This document shows positions 11,601 to 26,600 of a stretch of 64,000 nucleotides of DNA, in pieces. The notes beneath the pieces are model-generated. The model was not told where the DNA came from. It worked only from the letters and a program-made list of their open reading frames with translations, and did no database searches. Both the position numbers and the translations under genes were made by a program. Every line of letters starts with the position of its first letter. Position 1 is the stretch's first letter. Source of the DNA: Perna viridis (Eukaryota); the NCBI GenBank assembly GCA_037379345.1, contig CM074514.1, positions 11,222,001-11,286,000 of the forward strand, given 5' to 3'.

Positions 11601-14600
11601 GGTAGCTGTCATATCAATAACAAAATTCCTACCTGGTCAGGACACCTAAGGTTGTCATATCAGCTGATGTATGGTAAATTACCTTGGAGAATTTACATTA
11701 ATCTTTCTATGTCTACTTACTTACTACCCATTTTGCCTCTGGCCGTACTTATCTGGCATTTGTTTTATTTAAAGTTTTGTGAAGTTCAAAATAAATTGAA
11801 AAAAGGAAAGTATATACATTTAGATAGTAGGCATACCAATTCATTGTGTACATACTTGTAAAGTAATATTGCAGAAGTCTCTAAGTTTGCATAATTTTAT
11901 ATTTAAAGCATAATGAAAACAAAATCATGATTGAATGAAGGTGGGCAACTGGTGATGATTGCTTTGCATTAAAGTCCATGATAATACAATGGTAATGGAG
12001 ATAAATTCCTAAATAACTGTAGATAGTTACCCAGCACTAAATTGAAGCTAAGTAATTAGTTTTGAGAACTATTTGAAGAGTTGACTGTGACTTGACATTG
12101 AGTATAGTAGTTCACAAGTAATTCATTCATACATGTGCCTTTCATTTTACTCTTTCTACATTAGATTGACTTTTTAACCATAAGTCTTGAAGGGGTATGA
12201 ACTTGTACATGTATATATAAGAGAGGCCTCAAATTTTTGTGTTGGAATACATGTGCAAAATGAAGTGCTATTCTTGCAAAATTCATTGGGGGGGGGGGCA
12301 AATACAAAATAACTACATACATACTTTTGTATATTCTGGTGACTTAATACATGAAAGATCTTTATGGTGATTTTATAGTCAACCAACATGCAATGTTTTG
12401 ACACTTTATTTGTTCATTAAAAGCATCTGTTGCATGTTAGTCTTCAATAATGTACACTCATGTATAGAAATATGAAATCTATTCTCTATTCATTGCTTAC
12501 TTCTGTAAAAAAGATTTTTCGATCAATTTGATAATGTTTCAGTTTTATCTTTAGCATGCAGAAATGTCGGCTAGCATTTTAAAATTCAAACATGCTTGAG
12601 ATAAGCACTTGAAAATTGATACTCTTTTTGTTCATTGTAAAGATTAGTAGTTTGAAACAGATCTTCCATTAATTTGTATTTCAATGAAATTTTCATGGTC
12701 AAATATAAAGATTGAAATGCCATTGAGTCAGTAGGTACAGAGTGAAGATAACATTATAATTTACTAAAAAGATTGAGGGATATTTCATGCTCAGGTTTAA
12801 GAAATATGTGTTATTATCTTGACATTTACTAGGTTACAAAAGTTTGAAACGTAATATATTTGAACAGGTGAAATTTATGTTAAATAGGGCATGTATGGAC
12901 CTTCAATCCTTAGCATTTGAATAAAAAAAGATCGACCACCACTGCTTTTGTATTACATAGATATGTTTTGTACAGCTCATTCATATTTTCTGTTGTTTTT
13001 CATGTTCAAGGTGGTTATTATATTTTTTATTTGTTGAATATGAAATAGGTGACAGTTTAACAATCTTAAAATATGATTAAACCATGAATATGAATGGTTA
13101 TGAAAAGGCCATTGAGGTAATGACCTGAGAAATACATTGTGGACAAGAATGGAGGAAAAGTAGGGGAGTGATTTAAGGATGTTTTTAGGATTAAGTTTTC
13201 GTACATCATGTACATACTACAAATGTTCGAACATCTACGTGTACATGTAGGCATTTGTATATTCAGTTTTAACATATTGGTCGCTACAAATTGAAACATA
13301 TTAATTAATGTTAAATTAAGTTGGTTTGGAAATTCAGTACAAACTTTTTTGACTAATATTTTTTGTCCAATATACATGTATATATATTTATACAGTCTGT
13401 ACATGTGCATTTATTGCTTTTCAGTCAGTATGCTTCCCAAAATCTTGAAAGTTCAACTAAGTTTTATGTATCTGAATGTAAGAGGAGCTGACTAATGCTC
13501 CTGCTGGACATAACTTTATGTTACTGTGTCATAAAGACACAAATAACTTGTACTTTTCAGTGCAACATTTGGAATTAAAGCTAGAAGTATTAGTTTTCCA
13601 GACTGCATGAAGAATATTGACTTTGTCTGCATGTGATTTACTCTTAACAATCTTCAATAAAAACAATCATTGGTATCTCTGTATGTAATTGATTTACCAG
13701 CTGTTAGCGGTATGGTTCTGTACTTGAAAAGTGCTTCAGTGCCATGAAATTTTTTCTAAATTATATACAATGACCATTCCTGTAGTTATCTCATGATTTT
13801 GTTCCACATGTACTAGATACAGTTTAAACAGGTTATGTCCTTTAATTTGGATTCATGATCTCAGGTCTTAAATTTCTTTTTTGTACTTATCAATTGGGTA
13901 AAAAATAACTGTTGCAGAAGATTTTTTTTTAAATTTGCAATTAAATATATATATTTACAAAGGTGTTTGCATTTACAATGTAGAAACTACATGCATGTAT
14001 CCTGTTCTTGTACATCCTGCTACTCCTGACGGTGGATTTTCTTCTTATTTCTAATGTTCTAGTTAAACAATGATAGTCATATGTATTTGAATGTTCTGAT
14101 CTCCATACTTGTATTATAATAAAATGTCTTTCTGATTTAATATTTCCAGGCTTCAAGGAAAGTTTCTAAATGTGGGTACCTGTTTGTAGCACCTGACTAT
14201 GATTTTAACAATCCATTGGACAAATCAAGGGTAAGTTTTTATGGCAGGCAACATAAATTAAAAAATTCTCCAATCTTTGTACAAGTGGCTAATAAAACAT
14301 GCCATTTGAAGCACAGAGCAAATAGGAACTTGGTAAAGAATCTGTCTGGTATCTGGTGTTACTTAAACCAGTACTTATGTTTGGTAAAGAATATGTCTGG
14401 TATTTGGTGTAACTTAAAAATTAATAAATAGTTGTTTATTGTATAGACATTACATTGTTAAAAAAAAAAACAGTGCTAGATTACTTCTTGTAAAAATGAC
14501 AAATATTGTAGATGTACATTGTATATCTAACTAATGCATTACAGTCAATTTTGTTAAGAACATATTTAGGAACTTTGCAAGTAACACTTGACCAAAAATC

Positions 14601-17600
14601 CCTTTGTTAAATGAATGGAAAATGAGTTTTCTTGAGTATGAAATGTTTCATTTAGCATCACTTGACTGTGAAATCTTTTTCATGTATTTATTTATACATT
14701 ACACCCAACAGGTAAACACAGTTAATTGCTGTAAAATGGTCATAAATTGGAGTTTCTTTACATTGAAACCACTGAGTGTGATTTGCTTTTAAAGAAAATG
14801 AAAATTTATCTTTTGTTAATGGTTAGTCATTCAGGGTGAAAGTCTTGTAAATCAAATTTGAAGGAGAAATGCTATAAATAAAAAAAATTGGTTCTAAATC
14901 TATGACTGATGATGAAGTCTTCATTGCAGAGTTATTGAATTGTTTCTGTATAGAATTAGTCTTGTAGTCCTTCAAACTTAACACATATGTATTGGAAAAT
15001 ATCATTTAAATTTCAAGTGCATCTACATTCATTTTATTCAATTTTCTTTTATATTTTTTCTTAAAATCCCTTCAGATAACTGTTTGTCAAGTACCCTCTT
15101 GATTTCAAAAAGATCAAAAACTTCACATTTATTGATCAGATGAGAGATCATTAAGTATAGAAGTAATGGATCTTTTATGGTTAAGTACCTTTTTCTTAAT
15201 ATTCTAGAAAAATAAGAGACTCGTATATCATAAGAAACACAAGTAGAATCATAAAACAAATAATTTCTGAATAAATTAACACAAATTCTGATCAAGCTCA
15301 TTAAATGCATGTATGACCTCGGACACCATGTGACCACAATGACCTTTGACATCAACACCTGGATGTTCTCTCATGGGAAATCGTATATATCACCAGTTAA
15401 ATAAAATTATGATATAATTATGATTTTTTATTGTACATCATCATGCATGAAAATCTTTGCATTAATAATTTTTTTACACCTGAATCCTAAAGCTGCTTTT
15501 GCAATATTCTGTTTTCTGTGTTTTAATATATTGGTATTTTTTATTGATTAATGTTAGTTTTGTTTGTATTTTTAGAGATGGCAAAGAAGATTTTTTCGTT
15601 TGTATGATGATGGAGAGCTGTCATACTATGTTGATGAGGATGTAAGAATTATTTAAATTTATCCACATGAGGCTGATAAACTTAGTTCATGTTGTGTATA
15701 TATTAGAGGCCAATTTGGCAAAACATCCACCCCCCTTGTTAGATACTGGTAGTACAGTGCTGTAATCTCTACAGTATTTGATTTTTTTCGATGATGAAAG
15801 TCTCACAGAATTTAACTCCATCTAGAATTGTGCAAATTTACTTAAACTTTTGATATAACAGGATACACGTCATTTCATGACAATAATGAGATGAAAACTA
15901 TTGGATTAACATGTCCATTGAAGTATGTCAAAACCAACCTCTGAACAAAATATGAACCTGTGTAAACAAGATATGTTTTGATGTCCCTTCAGTTTCCATG
16001 TATTTTGAACCTGTTTAAACACATGCTTAAATGAATATGCCATAGTATAGTTAAGTTCTAACTTTTATGTTCCTCTTAAGAGGATGGCATATTACAGAGT
16101 TTCCTTTTTGGCCTAAAATAAATTACCTTGTGTTACCGCTAACCGTATTGACACTTATTTTTTGTGCCTTCCCTGTTACCGCTAACCGTCTTGACACTTA
16201 TTTTTTGTGCCTTCCCTGTTTTTTTTTTTTTTTTTGTTGGCAATATTAAAGTCTGTGTCTCTAGAATAAACTTATTGAAAAAGTGAAAAAACTTTTGAAA
16301 AAATAAGTTTTGTCAACCTACTTCCCCTAGTTTTATGAGCATGTTAGGAGAAACACAGGTATTTTTGTAGTCTTTGCCTTTGTATTATAAAGTTTCAAGT
16401 TTTCTACAGATCTATGAGATAAAATGTATTTCAGTGAAACCTATCTCAACCCTTCTTTCTGAAACAAGAATTTGTTCTTTAAAGACTTATATGAAGGGAA
16501 TTCAGAAAAAGTCTTGTATAGTCAGGTTACCATTTTTCACAGGGGTCAGGTTTTACAGTAGTTGGTCCATAATGGATATTAGTCAATTGGTAGTCAACAT
16601 GTGTGTCTAGCATCAAGGACCTTCAAATGTTAAACCATTATACTTTTTAAGTACAAAATGCTCCTTAGGAAACTGACATTTCTTTTTTTTCTGTGTTTAC
16701 AGCCTGACACTATTCCCCAACAGATAGTGGATATGAACAAATGTACAGAAGTTAAAGATGCAGAGAAACTTACCACCCACCAAAGTTCCTTAGCTGTAGT
16801 TACACCAGATAAAACCACCTATATTAAAGCTAATTCTAAAGAGGAAATACAGTGGTAAGATGTTTGTCAGAGTTTCCATTTGTTTCTTCATAAGATTAAT
16901 TAATGCAAAATTTAAGAGCCAGATAGTTTAATGAGTTTTTTTAAAAGCATCCTTGTGTGTCATTTGGTACAATTGTGAACTCAGATAGTTCAGTGAGTAT
17001 TTTAAAAACATCCTTGTGTGTTATTTTACTGTCCATATGTAGTATAACAGCTTATAACTCCTTTGAAGATTTTTATAAGATAATTTTGTGGAACAATTTA
17101 AGAAAGCTACCTTTAGTGTTTGTTTTAGTAAGATTTTTCATTTGAATCAAGGACAAAAGGTCAGTTATTACTGGTTTAAATGTTACCCAAAGAAAAAAAA
17201 TGTCTCATAGTTATTGTTAATTTGGCATTTCCTTTGCTTCCCTTTGCTTTTAGAAATTTAATTAGTTGTATTTTTTTCTGGCAAAGCCAAGTAGATTAAG
17301 TATAAATTATTCATTGATGAAGGTGGTCCTGTGTAAGACATACTACAAGTTACATAGTTTTTTTTTTAAAACCATATCATTACTTCAAATACAGTATTTT
17401 ATCTATTTACTATTCATCTGTGCAGCAAATGGATATTGAATGTTTGTCAGGGCAGATTTATACGGTGAAATATCAATACAAAGACTTGTAGCAAGTCTAG
17501 TTACAAAAGCATCACAACTTAATAGATGTACACATTAAAATTTTAAAGTGCTCTTAAGTAATAATAAAGCTAAGAAAATATATTGAGAGCCCTCATGTAC

Positions 17601-20600
17601 AATTGTATTTGGCATGTTTTATTGCATGTATAACAGTGTATCTCACTAAATCTCAAATTTTGTGCTTTTCTCTTATTTGGCCAACTAAAAAATAAAATAT
17701 TTCTGCTGTACTGAAGGCATTTTTACTGTACATTTTTTTGGTCCAGTGGTATTTTGTTTTCACTGGTATTATAATGTGTGTGTTTATCTTAGGTGGCATG
17801 ATGCATTGGTTGTTTACCCTAGAAGTTTACAGAAACCAAAGAATAGAAGGTTCACCATGCCAATCTTCAGTAGTAAGGACAAAATTCAGGTGAAGATTTT
17901 TTTCATTGATTCCTAATTTCATAGCTTTTCCTACTATTTGTGTGTTCTTTATTTTCCTTTATACATAGTAAAGCTCTCGACATCCCTTTTTGTTAACGAT
18001 TTTGTACCTTTTAGTATGCAATTAAACATCTAACATCTATAAAAGCAAATTATAAACAATTTCATGTAGTATTTTTTTATCCATGAATATATTAACCTAT
18101 TGTCTTTTATATCTTTTGTTTTACCTAATTTGGAAGATTAAGTGTAAGTGTTTGTAAGAATCAGGCAAAATGGGAAAAATCTGAAACATGCATGTCAAAA
18201 CCTCACTGATTTGAAAGTGTTATATCACTCAAGGAAACCTTCTCTATTTGAAAAGACCATTATTTACTCTCTGCATCACTGGCTTTGCTCAGAAATTTTT
18301 CAATAGAATGTTAGAAAAATGAGGTTTTTTACAGAATTATCTGCCCTTGAAATGTTCATTTTCAGTGTATTTTAGTGAAATTAAAACTCAATGCACCAAA
18401 ATGATATGGAAAATATTGTCTTTTTTTCTTGATTCTGATGGTGCAAATAGTCAGATTACACTATCAAAATGATGTTATATTTTCATACTATGTTTCACCC
18501 ACTGCCTGATTCTTACAGAAACTTACACTTAAGCGTCAATTAAGGTTCTGCTAAAGTCAAAATTAAGGACATAACTAGACAAAGTATCTTAATTTACAAT
18601 TTCACTAATGTGTTAAAGAAATCCCTGAAACTGCTAAATACTTCTTGATACAGTAATCTACTCACCATAGGCATGGTCCATTGTTTAATAAAACATGTTA
18701 ATACTAATATATTTTGTAAACAACATAAGTATAAAAAAATATATATATCTATAGCTTTACCAGGACATTTATTGTTTGGATTAGCACATATTCTGTAACC
18801 TAGACATCTAGTGCAGGGCTGGCAGGTTCTAATTGTAAAATAATAACAAAATTTTAAGGAAAACTTTATTAATTGATGATTATTATATACTAGTACATGT
18901 ATATAGTGATGGAGCATCCATTCGTCCTTCTCTTACATAGGGGAGACCCATCTCTTATCAGTTACTCCTCCTATATCACTGAATGTAATTGAATGAAACT
19001 TTCACAGAATCTTTATAACATGTTCCTTTTATGCACTTTCATTTTCAAATTTTGACTTGATCAGTTTGGGTGTTTCACTTAGCAAAAATTGGAGTTAGTC
19101 ATTTGTTAATATGGGGACATGGAGGGACTGATCTGTTACCCTTTCATCCTCTTATACCACTGAATGTAATTCAATGATACTTTTCAGAATCTTTATTACA
19201 TGTTCTTTGTGTGCACCTTCTATTTTAAAATTTGATACGGATCAATTTTTAGGTTCCACATAGAAAAACATGGACTTAATCATTTGTTAATATGGTAACT
19301 TAGCGGTATCCATGTCTTATCAGTTACTTCTCCTTAAACTGAATGGAATTGAATGAAACTTTCACAGAATCTTTATTAAATTTTCCAATTGTGCACCTCT
19401 TGTTTTGGATTTGACCCAATTAAAAATAGAGGTTAAAAGATGCATGATTTCAAATGCAGTAGTTGAGAGGGGTACTTAGTGAGCATTGCTCAGTTTTTCT
19501 AGATGATGTTGATATTTAGCTTATCCACAGCATAAACTGTCTTAATTCTTTAAAAGTTGAAGAAATGACCATTTTTTTTATGGAAATCAATGTATGCTTG
19601 CCCTGCATAACACATTTTGTGAAATATAGAAGTTTGAAAATATTTCTTTCAAAACTTGGCACATGCTTTTATGTTGAATGACACATCAAGATATATATAA
19701 AGCAAAGTTTCAGAGCTATGTTTAATACATACTTTAAATGATGAATGAAAGCAATTCAACAAGGAATGTCCTAGAATTTGACTTTAGTAGTACCTTAAAG
19801 AAAGGTAATTCCCAACAGTCAAAGTAAAGTTGAAAATATTAGTGAAATAAGTGCTAACAATTGGATAAACTCTAATGCTGGGGTAGCTGTTTTAATATTT
19901 TTGTATTCTTTTTAGCCCATTGATACTAGTAGGTTGTCAAGTGAGAGTTCAGATTCATCGACAGTCACTACTGGTCGGTTTGAAGTAGAAAAGGTTAAAC
20001 CTAAGGAACAGTCTTTCGTTACGTATCGTGGGGTAAGAAACATGAAACACAAAGGAGACAAGCACTTGCAAGACGGATTAAGGAAAAGTAGCAGTTTACA
20101 TGATCTTTCAACAGATGAAGTAGGTCTAGATTTGGCATCATCTAGATATCTAAGTAGATCAGGTGATAGACTTGACAATTTGAACAGTACCACTGAACAG
20201 GCTGCAGCTGTTCTCAATGATCCAAAAGTTATAAACAATCCATACTTCACATTGCCTAGAAATACTTGGCAGTCTTTGGCCAATAACAAACATACATCAA
20301 CTACCTCACAACTTAGTCTTACTCAACCATTGGCAGCACCTGGTAGCACACCAAAGAAAAGCGAGGAACGATCAGGTATAACAAGACCAAAGAATGCTTC
20401 TGAAAGAAATAGTCTACATAGAGAGAGATCCAGAAGCTTGAAAGATTTTAACACCCAGTTTTCTTTAGTACCTGATAAGGGCAACAGAACATCTTTATCT
20501 GGGTTAGACAGACTGTCTATACACACCGATGCAGTTGATGGTGGCAGTGAGAGGAGTAGTAGTGTCAGTAGTGTATACTCCTCAAAAGACAATGAAACAG

Positions 20601-23600
20601 ATGAACTCAAGGTAAGATTCCAACATACACATGAACTACTAACTATTCAAGTTGTTCCATATGTACATATAGTCCAAGTTTAATTTGGCTATATACAAGA
20701 TTTTTGTCACAGTCCTTTATTTTGCTAATTTTGCAAGGACAAAATCATAAAAATATGCTGATAAACACATTTGATATTAGTCACAAAAAAAACTAATCTG
20801 ATGTTAAAATATAGATCCATATTCTAGAAAAACAAACTAATGTATGTTTAAACTTCTGATTCACTCATGTATGTGATCAATGAATAAACCAGGATAGAAA
20901 TAATAATTGTGGTTTACCATTGAAGTGATTGATCATTGAGTTACTTCCCTTCCTCCTTCTTAGAGCTTGATCCTAAGTAGTTGTTCTTGTGGGGTTTCTT
21001 GGTGAGGTTAAGTTTTGTGTTTCACAGGATTTGAACTTGTGAATTTCTGATCACCACTTTTTCCTTGATATGAAATGTAATTTTAATTGGAAGTTAATTA
21101 CGTGGTTTGACTGAAACATAAATAAAATATGAAAAGTATTACCCTTACTAACTTTACCATACTGATACTGATTATTTAAATTCCATTACTGTATTGTGAT
21201 TAATGTTAAGTAGAAAGTATAATTTATCTGTACTCTGTTTGTGCAATGAGTAGGCACATAGCTCTTGATAATACTGATATGTAATAAAGATGTCTCCATG
21301 TTTAGGATAGCTAGTCCATGCAAGTTTATCATTGAATTACTTATATTACTTTATCATACAATTTGTGAGCATATTAAGGTTTGAATTGGTCATCATTAGA
21401 AAAATGATGTATATTTGATTAGTACATGAGGGATCTATGACAAGAAAGTGGATACCTTGGAATGATTGAATATTTCTCTTGAAAGGTTCAGTCTTTGCTC
21501 TTCTATGAGACAATTCCAGTTAGTGAGTGGTCAAATCTCCTTAAACCTTCAATGGGATCAATATATTATGGGTCATTCTTTTGTTGAAAATTAAGATATT
21601 TTCCTTTTTAAGAGATCTAATTTTCTTTTATCTACAAAAATGTAAAGAAGAATTTTTCTAAGACTGTTGTCCTTGGGGCAATTATAAATTGTGTCCAATC
21701 TCAACAGGAATGGACCTAATTTTAATTTTAAAAGGTTTTACAGGTATACATTACGTGTAATTTCTGAGTGAGGCCTGAATTACTCCCACAAAATGTGTAC
21801 TGTCACCCATAAATCTTATGTTGTAATAAAATGAGATAACAGGTACATTTATTTCCATCTATAAACAAAAAAATACATCTGTCCAAATACTGAAGCACTT
21901 CACCTCTGTCATAATGAATATCATCATTGAAAGTGAAGTCCATGTGGCACTCGTAGTATCAATAGATTTTATTAATTTAAATGAGGTATATGGGTGCTCC
22001 AAGTTTCCAAGAGATTAGCTAGTAAACCACTGGAGAATTTGTAAGGTTTATCTTCTATGTATACCTTTATTTGACACCTATTAAAAGTTCTGGGTTTACT
22101 TGAAAGCTAATTTAGCCAGAGATAAAGGGTGTGTTTGATTAAACTGATTTTGATGTTTGGGCTTTATGTGTGAAAGGTGGATGGAGGAACTACTGAGCAA
22201 CCTCACACATATCAAATTTCGGTGTATCTGGAATGGTCAAATAAACCATTAAAGTTTCACAAATTATCAGAAAATTGTTTAACAAATCAGGGATAATCCC
22301 TCACAGATGAAATAGAAAGGTGTTTATTTAGTTTTGATTTTAAATGGCGTGATTATAATAAAATTCTCAATAGATATAGGATTAACTTTTGTTTGATGTT
22401 GATCTTACACAGAAAATATCCCTAAATATTTTAGCTGGGGATCTGCTTCCTGCATTTGAACTCAGTCTGATTTGTAAAAATGTTTACACCTATCAAAATA
22501 TCAGAATTGGAATAAATAATATGGTTAAGCATGTTCAGCAAGAACAACAAAAGATATGGAAATGTCTGCAATTTAAACTTGATAGTGCACTAAAATGTAA
22601 TGGAATATTCAAAAATGCAAATATACATGATTTAGACAATGTGTTTTTAACTGGACTAAACATGTACAAAGAAACAATATTGTGACAAAGACAGAGTGCA
22701 TATTGTTAACTTTATAGACCAGAAAAACAAAAATCATGGAAGAAACTGATTACATGTATCTAATCAATCACTTGGATTTATGTATAGACTTGTACATTTG
22801 GAATCACAAGGCATTGTTTCAGGTGAGGTTTTCATCTTTCTCTTCTATAGGTCTATGGTCTAAGATTCTAATATTATTTTTGTAAAATGTAATGTGAGAT
22901 TGTTGGTTGGTCATCTGAAGTACAGGTCTGTGAAAAGTGAAGTGTTTTATGACACTTATTTATAATTCTGTTTCAGGATATGCATTTACTGAGATATACA
23001 TGTATTTTTTGAGTTACATTTTATGGGGTTTGGAAGGGAATACATTACTACTGACTGAAATAAATTGACCAAATGTGCCTAGAGCATTTTAAGTGTCCAT
23101 ATAAGTATCATTTGATAGTTTTGATAAATATTGTTCAAGGAAAATCTTATGAAAAATTTGATTCTTCTTTCAATGATTACTGAGTACAGACCACATCAGC
23201 CCACCCATTTCAAGGCCGGTTTTTAATAAAGTTGAAATGTAATTTAAAAGAATTGACAGGTCTTCAGTCAACATGATGAACCACCATGTCCTGGGGCACA
23301 ATTGACTGGGTATAGTACATTACCATTAACATTGGATAGAGTTAGTGAACTAGTATACAATTACAACAAATTAGGTAAAGAAGATGAAAAGATGAGGTCA
23401 AGCTAGCCTGTTAATCTATGTAGCAATCTAGTGCATGGTAGTGTATTGTGTTCCGTATTTTAATCACAATCTTATTAGAGTATTTAATGAAGGAGAGAGA
23501 TGGAGATCTCTGGAGTTAAGTTACAGAAAACTTTAGGTCTGATTCATAACTGTTAATTGATGATTATATAATGTTAAGGCATATACTACATGTACTAGTA

Positions 23601-26600
23601 TTGTTTGTCTGAGTTGGCATAAAAGGGTAGGGTAAATATATGAAAAAGATCAAGATTTTTGATTCAGTACATTATCCATCCAATTTAGTGTATAGTATAC
23701 TGTATGTGACAATGCTGTGAAATGATGGAAAACTTCAATTAGCATGCAAAAGGAAAATAATTGTTATTATTCATGCATTTTGGAGTTTAATCAAAATATT
23801 TTAGTGGAAGGGAGAAATATGTGCTTGGTACAGGGAGATTCAGTCAAGTTTTGGAATTATTTAGCAGAAGTTTTTACACACCTGTGGTTAGATATTTAAC
23901 ATTTTGTGACCTGAATTAGGTTTTTTGTCATATTATTTACATAAATTACAACTGTGACAGGTATCTTATATTTAATGGGATCATATTTTAGGGGACTATA
24001 ATGTTTCTTTTTTTATGGATTTTTAAGTGTTCCTTACTTTTGTGTTACAACTCGCAGATTTCTATTATGTTGATGTAGTTTTTTGGATTAAGTGAATATT
24101 ATTGTATTGTTGATGTTCCACTTGAGAGTTGATGACATGGTATTGTTGAATTAGAAGCATGATGTACACTATAACAAGTTTGGGTATGTGATCACACTTT
24201 GGGTGGGAGGTTGACCTTATTGAAGGAAACCAAATTCTCGAAAGGTCATTAGGTCTACTCATGCTGCACTATGGAATTTTTGGTTAACATGTGTATATGA
24301 TATAAATCATTGAAACTTAGAAAATTGATTAATATATTCATGTACATGTATGCATATCAGAAGTTTTACAAGTAGTTTGTGCTTAAACAATTTTTGAAGT
24401 ATCAGTTCATGTCATGCATGTAAAATGAACGATGCCTTGTAATAATTGATGTTTGATCTAATCAAGTAAATATTCTGTCCCTTTAAATGATGTAAAACAA
24501 GAGATTTGGTCTTAGGGTGGTCATTTCTTACATTTAAGTTCTCTTTTGGCAATAACTTGGTTTAACAATAAGTGTTCATCATATCAGGTATATTCTGTGA
24601 AGGGTTGGTTAAATATATACATGTACTTTGAGCTTATCCCTTATTGGTCTATTGTCTGTAGGAGAAAAGATTCATTCATCATGTGTCATGTTTATAAAAA
24701 TAATGCATTTTATTCTATTAGATAGTCCAATATGTTTTCACCTGTTAAGTCCTCGGGTGTCACCTTATGATGAGTTCATAAAATACCACATGTATTTCTG
24801 AAGATTTATATGGTAGGGTTGTGCAAAGACTTAGTCATATCATTCAGATATTATTCATTGTGGACTAAACAGTTATTGCTGAAGAAAATAATCTGAACAG
24901 AGTATTTCTAAAGTAAACAATGTGTCTGTCTGTTTTACAGGAAATCAGATAATGTTGCCAATAACCCAATTAACTGGATTCAAATTCTCTGTGATCAAAG
25001 TGACACTGACAGTTATGAAAAATTATGTTTGAGGCAAAAATTGATATTATATCAGATGTGAATCTGTATTATTTGTTCATACAATTATTTAGGAAAAATT
25101 GATTTAATAAAACATTAAATGATGATAAAATGGAGCATTTTACAATAAAGTTATTGATTTTTGTTTTTATAGATGGCAAAATCCAGTGAACTACAAGCTG
25201 CTGGAAGATCTCAGTCTGCTTCAGCTCTACATCCAAGCAATACTGGCAACCAGTCTACAGGCACCAGATATGAGGTGAGTCTTGTATCTATCTTTTACTA
25301 GAGTTTTGAAATCTGAAAAAAAAATATTTTGTAGAGGTGATAATTAAATTATTAATTGATAAACTAGATATGAGAGTAGATACCCTGGTCTTTGCTACTT
25401 ACAGAGTTTGTCTAAATTGCAAACTTTGGATTAAATATACTGGTATTACCAGTAGACTACTAAATCACTCTGTGTCATTGTTGTCAACCTGTAATTGTAG
25501 GTCTTACTCAGTAATGTGTCATTTGCAATTCTTAAAAAGAGACCAGATGTACATGCCACATTCTATGTTAATTATCTGCTGATTTAATGCACTTAAATGC
25601 TTATATCAGGTATTCAAGGTACTTTTGAGTAAAACACATAGGATAATATACTACCAATGATAACATTATTAGTGAGAAAATTAAGCTGGATGTCCTTTTG
25701 ATTTGCCACTAAATTCAGTCTTTGAGCAGTATTATAAATTTCTTGTAAAGGTATTTCTCTTGACTGGTTAAGAGAAATGAGTAAAGGATTGCATGTTTTG
25801 TTGTCGGAAGTCCTTGCAGTATTGATGTTGTTTAAACTCAGTTTAATTATTCAGGGTTAAGTTTTTATCAAGTAAATAATGAACTCCCACCTTGATGTTA
25901 ATCTCACCTTAACGATAAATTCATTAGAAAGTAGAAGGTTAACTAGAAAATCTATCTACTGAGAAAGGATTTGTAATTTTAGCAATGTTGAAAAAGGTAT
26001 GGTTAATCTAGTAAAGTGAATTGTACCATTCAGCTTACATCTTATTTCTGTGATTTTAATTTTAGTTCAGTGATCCGTGTAATGTTTGACTGTGTTAGAT
26101 GGATTTGTTTACATCTTTGTTGTGTTTTAAGGAATTTGAATGTTTTGTTTTTGACACCAAATGTTCTAGATAACTTGTGAATAACAGGCATGACTTGTGC
26201 ATTGTAACACAAGACAGTAGCGTGTGTGACATGATGAAATTAGCTGAATTATATAAGTCCATGTGTCTAAATGGTTGTGGCATGTTAGTTTAATAAAATA
26301 ATGGATTGAATTAAAATAATAGGCCATGAATGTAATATGTTGATCATTTTAATAGTTTCTCTATGCTTTTCCTGAGAAGAGGACTGTATAGCCTATGACA
26401 AATGTTCATCACTTTTTGTTGTTTTGTTACACTTTTGCATTATAAGTAATGGAGTGTAAAAGAACAAATTGGAGGATTTGGTAAGACTGATTCTATCACT
26501 ATTTATTCTGTAGGACCTTATGTACATGAAAAAAGGATGGTTAATTAAACAGGGAACTTCAGAGAAAGACTGGAAAAAACATTGGTTTGTTCTGACAGGA

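Noticed and set aside
14331-14420. ~38-bp direct repeat with a 51-bp period (CRISPR-like spacing)
   Set aside because: Only two copies in a eukaryotic intron. A simple local duplication, not a CRISPR array.
19912-20610. Minus-strand ORFs over exon 6 (also over exons 9 and 13 and the LINE)
   Set aside because: Antisense shadows of real coding sequence.
26449-26513. ATG...TTG|GTAAGA donor just upstream of exon 8
   Set aside because: It would need a 33-nt intron, and the ATG frame is out of phase with downstream exons.
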